Source of the DNA: Tissierellales bacterium
Lineage (GTDB): Bacteria > Bacillota > Clostridia > Tissierellales > Dethiosulfatibacteraceae
Direction: 5' to 3'
DNA length: 64,000 bases
Assembly (NCBI GenBank): GCA_016938195.1
Contig: JAFGVC010000061.1
Coordinates: forward strand, 19,365 to 83,364
Shown here: piece by piece, positions 59,399-64,000 of the stretch
Position numbering within the stretch: the first letter of the stretch is position 1
Layout: each line of letters starts with the position of its first letter
The notes under the pieces: generated by a model
What the model was told of the DNA's origin: nothing
The model's input: only the letters and a program-made list of their open reading frames with translations
The model's database searches: none
Position numbers and translations under genes: made by a program

Positions 59399-60517
59399 AT
59401 GAAGCATTTAGTGGGTATAATAATTAATAGTCCAAAGCAAAAGGATTTAGAATTAATGGTTCGTCACAGAAGTATTCATACTGTTCCTATAGGTGGAAAA
59501 TACCGTTTAATTGATTTTTCTCTGTCTAATATCGTTAATTCAGGAATCTCTAAAATTGGTGTGATTGGTTCATACATGTATCGCTCATTAGTTGATCATC
59601 TCGGTTCGGGAGAAGAATGGAATCTTAGCAGCAAGAGCAATGACTTAGCTATTCTTCACGGCGGTAAGAATATTAAAATTGGAGAAATCACTAGGATTAA
59701 TCTGCAGGATTTCATTGATAATGAAGCTTTCTTTACAAAAGTATCTTCATCTGTTGAGGATGTCGTTTTGTGTGGCTGCAACATTATCTGTAACTTTGAT
59801 CTTAAAGAGGCTATAAAATTCCATAGAGAAAACCAAGCTGATATTACGATGGTTCACAAAGAGGATTATACAGGAGAGCTTTCAGACAATGAAGCGGTCA
59901 TGGAAGTCATGGACCATAAAGTCACAAAGCTTGGCTATAGTGCTGATCGACGGGCTCAATCTCACAACGTGTACGCAGATATGATGATAATCAAAAAAGA
60001 GCTTCTTCAAAATATAATTGAAGATGTAAAGACGACCGGAGAAATTGATTTGCTCGATGTAATCACGAATAATTTAGAAAACTTGAATATTTTTGCTTAT
60101 CCGATAGAAGGATATTTTAAAATCATTAATTCGCGTAAATCCTATTTTGATTGTTCGATGGAGTTGCTTCATGCCGAAATCCAAAGAGAAATATTTCACG
60201 GCGAAAGAAAAATTTACACTAAAACGAAGGACAATCATCCGGCTATTTATAGCGTTAATTCAAAAATTAAAAATTCTCTTGTTGCTAGTGGAACCATTAT
60301 CAACGGATCGGTTGAAAATGCGATTATTTCAAGAGAGGCCATTATTGAAGAAGGCGTCAAAATCAAAAATAGTGTGATAATGCAGAATTGTGTGATTGAA
60401 AAAGACACTATTATTGTGAATGCAATACTTGACAAGTACGTCAGAGTGACAAGCGGAAAGGTTCTTGTGGGGACTGAAAAAGAACCCTTGATGATTAGGA
60501 AGGATTCAGTGATATAG
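59399..60517 (+). CDS. glgD: glucose-1-phosphate adenylyltransferase subunit GlgD
   Basis: A GlgC paralogue lacking the GGxGxRL loop (IGGKYRLIDFSLSN is retained). Follows glgC. Confidence 0.88.
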   Translation: MKHLVGIIINSPKQKDLELMVRHRSIHTVPIGGKYRLIDFSLSNIVNSGISKIGVIGSYMYRSLVDHLGSGEEWNLSSKSNDLAILHGGKNIKIGEITRINLQDFIDNEAFFTKVSSSVEDVVLCGCNIICNFDLKEAIKFHRENQADITMVHKEDYTGELSDNEAVMEVMDHKVTKLGYSADRRAQSHNVYADMMIIKKELLQNIIEDVKTTGEIDLLDVITNNLENLNIFAYPIEGYFKIINSRKSYFDCSMELLHAEIQREIFHGERKIYTKTKDNHPAIYSVNSKIKNSLVASGTIINGSVENAIISREAIIEEGVKIKNSVIMQNCVIEKDTIIVNAILDKYVRVTSGKVLVGTEKEPLMIRKDSVI

Positions 60518-60528
60518 GAGGTGATTTC

Positions 60529-61950
60529 ATGAAAGTGCTATATGCTTCATCTGAAGTAACGCCTTTTGCTAAGAGTGGTGGCTTAGCAGACGTAGCGGGT
60601 TCATTACCCAAGGCGCTCAGAATGAATGAGATTGACATCAGGGTGATTATGCCTTTATATGGGGATATGCCTACCGAGTATAGAAGCATGATGAAAGAAA
60701 TCGGAGAATATGAAATTAGTTTAAATTGGCGTAGACAGAATTGCCAAGTGTATACCCTTGAAAAAGATAGCGTTATCTATTATCTTTTATCTAATGAATA
60801 TTATTTTGGCAGAAAAGGACTATACGGGCATTATGATGAGGCAGAAAGGTTTTTGTTTTTTTCGAAGGCAATCCTTGAATTTATCCCTCGCTTTGATTTT
60901 TGGCCGGATATTATTCATTGCAACGATTGGCAGACAGCTATTATTCCATTTTTGCTGAACAAGCATTATCGACAGCATTATCAAAAAATGAAAACTATTT
61001 TAACCATTCATAACATAAAATATCAAGGCGTTTATGGGAAAAATACGCTCATGGATATTTTAGGACTGCGCGAAGACGAAATATCAAATGACATTGAATT
61101 TAGGGGAGACATTAATATTTTGAAAAGCGGCATCTATAACGCTGATTGGGTAACGACTGTTTCACCCACTTACGCCAAAGAGCTTGAATACGAATATTTC
61201 GGGGAAGGCCTGCAAGGCGTTATTAAAGAGAATAGTTATAAAGTGTCAGGTATTTTGAACGGCGTAGATTATAATGCTTTCAGCCCGAAAACTGACAAGA
61301 ATATATATGTCAATTACACGCGGTCCATTAAGAAGAAGGAAGAAAATAAAATGAAGCTCATTGAAGAGCTTGAGCTTGAAAATAATCCCAATAAACCTTT
61401 GGTAGGAATTATCTCAAGACTTGATGAATTAAAAGGCATTGATTTGATAATTTGTGTTATATATGAAATGATGCAGCTTGGAATCAATCTAGTTGTTCTG
61501 GGAACAGGCGAAAAAAAATACGAGAATGCGTTAAAAAATGTTGAGAACAGCTTCCCTCAAAATGTATCCGTGAATATTGGCTTTGACACGGCTATGGCTT
61601 CAAAGATTTATGCAGCCAGTGACCTCATGATGATGCCTTCAAGGGTAGAGCCTTGTGGATTAGCCCAAATTATAGCTTTGAAATACGGAACATCTCCTGT
61701 GGTGAGGAGAACGGGCGGACTCAACGATACCATTACAAAATATTCAGTCAGTGCCAACGCAGGAAATGGTTTTGTTTTTTCAGCTTATAATGCACACGAG
61801 ATGCTTTCGGAGCTGAATAGAGCCATCTGTATTTATAGAGTCAACAAACACGCCTGGCAAAATTTAAAAATGAATGCCTTCAAGTCTAATTTTGATTGGA
61901 CGCTTTCAGCCGTTAAATATGCAGAATTATATCATAAAATTTATGAATAA
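60529..61950 (+). CDS. glgA: glycogen synthase
   Basis: SEVTPFAKSGGLADV (KxGGL) and a GT5 C-terminal domain. Confidence 0.95.
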   Translation: MKVLYASSEVTPFAKSGGLADVAGSLPKALRMNEIDIRVIMPLYGDMPTEYRSMMKEIGEYEISLNWRRQNCQVYTLEKDSVIYYLLSNEYYFGRKGLYGHYDEAERFLFFSKAILEFIPRFDFWPDIIHCNDWQTAIIPFLLNKHYRQHYQKMKTILTIHNIKYQGVYGKNTLMDILGLREDEISNDIEFRGDINILKSGIYNADWVTTVSPTYAKELEYEYFGEGLQGVIKENSYKVSGILNGVDYNAFSPKTDKNIYVNYTRSIKKKEENKMKLIEELELENNPNKPLVGIISRLDELKGIDLIICVIYEMMQLGINLVVLGTGEKKYENALKNVENSFPQNVSVNIGFDTAMASKIYAASDLMMMPSRVEPCGLAQIIALKYGTSPVVRRTGGLNDTITKYSVSANAGNGFVFSAYNAHEMLSELNRAICIYRVNKHAWQNLKMNAFKSNFDWTLSAVKYAELYHKIYE

Positions 61951-61961
61951 AGGACTTAGTA

Positions 61962-63839
61962 ATGAATGAAGCTTTTAATTCTCAGAATCAATTTTATAAA
62001 GCACCTTTTGGCGCGGTGGAAATAGGTTCGAAAATCATTTTCAGAGTTAGATTGAACGCTGAGAAAGAGACGCGATGTGAGTTAAGAACCTTTTGCGAAA
62101 AAAACAACGATAGCCTTGAAATGAAAATTGAAAGCACCGAGGGAGGAGCGTATGTTTATCAATGTACCTATGAGACGCCTCTGACACCTTGTGTTCTTTT
62201 TTACCATTTTTGTGTTTATCAAAATGGCAGAACCTTTTTTATCGGAAACAATTCTGAAAAATTAGGAGGCGCATGCGTTTATTATGATAATGATCCGGTT
62301 TCTTATCAGATGACCGTACATGGCAAAAGCATTCATGTAGCTGACTGGTACAAAGAAGGTGTTATATATCAGATTTTTGTTGATCGTTTTTATAAAGCAG
62401 GAGCTGAAGATCTATACCAAGGAAGAAAAGGATTTGTCAAATATACAAACTGGCATGACAAAAATCGATATATCAAAAATGCAAAGGGTGAGATTGTTTA
62501 TTGGGATATCTACGGTGGAAATATAAAGGGGATTATTGAAAAAATAGATTACCTCAAAGAATTAGGGGTCTCGATTCTATATCTCAACCCTATTTTTGAA
62601 GCGAACAGCAACCATAAATATGACACGGCTGATTATGAGAAAATTGACCCGGGCTTTGGCACTGAGTCAGATTTTGAGGCGTTGACTGAAAAATGCAATC
62701 AAAATGGAATAAACATAATACTGGACGGCGTGTTCAGCCACGTCGGCAATGACAGTAAGTATTTCAATATGAAGGGAAATTATGACACGCTGGGGGCTTT
62801 TCAGTCGAAAGAATCACCCTATTTTGATTGGTTTAGATTCAACAATTATCCCTATGATTATGAGTGTTGGTGGAAAAATCTGACCTTACCAAATGTAGAT
62901 GAAATGAACACTTCTTATTTAGACTATATACTCACAGGAGAAAACAGCATTGTAAAAAGATGGCTCAAAAAAGGAGCTAAGGGCTGGCGGTTGGATGTTG
63001 CAGATGAACTGCCTGACGAGTTTATTGGCTTGTTGAAGGAAGAAACGCGAAAGCAAGATCCTGATAGTATTGTTCTTGGAGAAGTATGGGAAGATGCATC
63101 TAACAAAGAAAGCTATGGACAGCTAAGAAAATATTTCTTGGGCAGTGAGCTTGATTCAGTTATGAACTATCCGTTTAGATCGGTCTTTATTGATTTCATA
63201 CTTGCAAAGTCAGGAGCTGAAAAAGCTTTAAACAAAATGATGTCTCTATACGAAAACTATCCGCGCGAATATTTTTTTGCGGCTATGAATCTTATTGGCA
63301 CCCATGATACCGTAAGAGCGATGACCATTTTCGGAGAAGGACCGCAAGAATACAAAATAGATGATGATGACGCCTATCATTATGAGCTGCCGATTAAAAA
63401 TTACAAATGTGCGACCAAACGTATGAAGTTAATGGCATTTATACAAGTGATATTTCCCGGCGTACCGTGCATTTATTATGGAGACGAGGTCGGCATGCAA
63501 GGTTTTCGAGATCCATATTGCAGAGGGACATATCCTTGGGGAAGAGAAAACTTGGAATTATTGGAATGGTACCGCAAGATATTTCAGTTTAGGGCTTCTT
63601 CGAAAGCACTTATAAAAGGGGAATGGTCGCCTTACTTTTGTGAAGGCTCCATATTCAGCATTATGAGAGAATATGAAGAGGAAAAATTGTTATGTGCTGT
63701 CAACGTCGCATTTGAAGCTAAAGAGTTAGCACTCCCATTAGACACAATACACGAGGTGTTATCCAATCGACAAGTTAAAAGCAAAATAATATTAGATCCA
63801 CTTTCTTGCCACATTTTTAAGCTTACTTCACAACAATAG
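61962..63839 (+). CDS. GH13 alpha-glycosidase (neopullulanase/cyclomaltodextrinase-like)
   Basis: GH13 regions DGVFSHVG, GWRLDVADEL, GEVWED, GTHDTVR, with an N-terminal extra domain. Confidence 0.85.
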   Translation: MNEAFNSQNQFYKAPFGAVEIGSKIIFRVRLNAEKETRCELRTFCEKNNDSLEMKIESTEGGAYVYQCTYETPLTPCVLFYHFCVYQNGRTFFIGNNSEKLGGACVYYDNDPVSYQMTVHGKSIHVADWYKEGVIYQIFVDRFYKAGAEDLYQGRKGFVKYTNWHDKNRYIKNAKGEIVYWDIYGGNIKGIIEKIDYLKELGVSILYLNPIFEANSNHKYDTADYEKIDPGFGTESDFEALTEKCNQNGINIILDGVFSHVGNDSKYFNMKGNYDTLGAFQSKESPYFDWFRFNNYPYDYECWWKNLTLPNVDEMNTSYLDYILTGENSIVKRWLKKGAKGWRLDVADELPDEFIGLLKEETRKQDPDSIVLGEVWEDASNKESYGQLRKYFLGSELDSVMNYPFRSVFIDFILAKSGAEKALNKMMSLYENYPREYFFAAMNLIGTHDTVRAMTIFGEGPQEYKIDDDDAYHYELPIKNYKCATKRMKLMAFIQVIFPGVPCIYYGDEVGMQGFRDPYCRGTYPWGRENLELLEWYRKIFQFRASSKALIKGEWSPYFCEGSIFSIMREYEEEKLLCAVNVAFEAKELALPLDTIHEVLSNRQVKSKIILDPLSCHIFKLTSQQ

Positions 63840-63935
63840 TATGACATTTTATTAATATTTTAAGGAAAAGATTGACAAAGATTTATTTTTCGAATATCCT
63901 GATAGAGGAATAAAATATAAATAAGGAGGTTAAAC

Positions 63936-64000
63936 ATGTACACTGCGATTGTATTATTAAACAATAAAACAAAATACTTTACAATAGTTCATACAACCTC
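63936..64000 (+). CDS. start of an unidentified CDS truncated by the window end
   Basis: An AAGGAGG SD lies 6 nt before ATG 63936. The frame stays open to the window edge (MYTAIVLLNNKTKYFTIVHTT..). Confidence 0.4.
   Translation, partial: MYTAIVLLNNKTKYFTIVHTT

Noticed and set aside
63445-63470. Additional NBS-like and parS-like sites (e.g. TATTTCCCGG at about 63453, GACCCGGGCT at about 62646, TGTTTCAC at about 18054)
   Set aside because: Only one half-site matches in each case, so these are expected by chance.

Overview
This is the origin-of-replication region of a low-GC (about one-third G+C by eye) anaerobic Firmicute, probably Clostridia. The sigB module beside gyrA and a Sec-peroxiredoxin are reminiscent of Peptostreptococcaceae-like organisms, but that is inference only. 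Gene orientation flips at about 19.9 kb. To the left, on the minus strand, lie dnaA-dnaN-yaaA-recF-gyrB-gyrA, then an rsbV/rsbW/sigB-like module, mgsA, a UPF0182 protein, serS with a Ser T-box, and a D-Ala-D-Ala carboxypeptidase. To the right, on the plus strand, lie rpmH (missed by the ORF track), rnpA, yidD, yidC, jag, mnmE, mnmG, rsmG, noc, soj and spo0J. A bipartite oriC is visible: DnaA boxes upstream of dnaA, and boxes plus a TAN-trio tract plus an AT-rich DUE between dnaA and dnaN. There is also a perfect Noc-binding site inside mnmE and a near-consensus parS at 35.07 kb. The rest is core metabolism: a four-gene HndABCD-type [FeFe]-hydrogenase operon, cvpA, DUF951, a fused aroK-aroD plus aroE, a MATE pump, pyrBICFKDE behind a PyrR-type attenuator, Fur-boxed feoAB and a glycogen cluster (glgB-glgP-glgC-glgD-glgA-GH13). 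The most unusual items are listed here. (1) A peroxiredoxin has an in-frame UGA exactly at the peroxidatic Cys, followed by a SECIS-like hairpin; this is a PrxU-type selenoprotein that the ORF track splits in two. (2) A five-gene Rnf/Nqr hybrid (D/B-like, FMN-binding C/G-like, NqrD, NqrE, NqrF-like) has no NqrA/RnfC and no RnfB. (3) The hydrogenase catalytic subunit reads TSCSPGW where the H-cluster L1 motif is TSCCPxW. (4) The short RsbW-like anti-sigma factor has degenerate ATP-binding motifs. I recognised no rRNA, tRNA, CRISPR array, transposase, integrase or phage gene. This is mostly an ordinary core region with a few genuine oddities.
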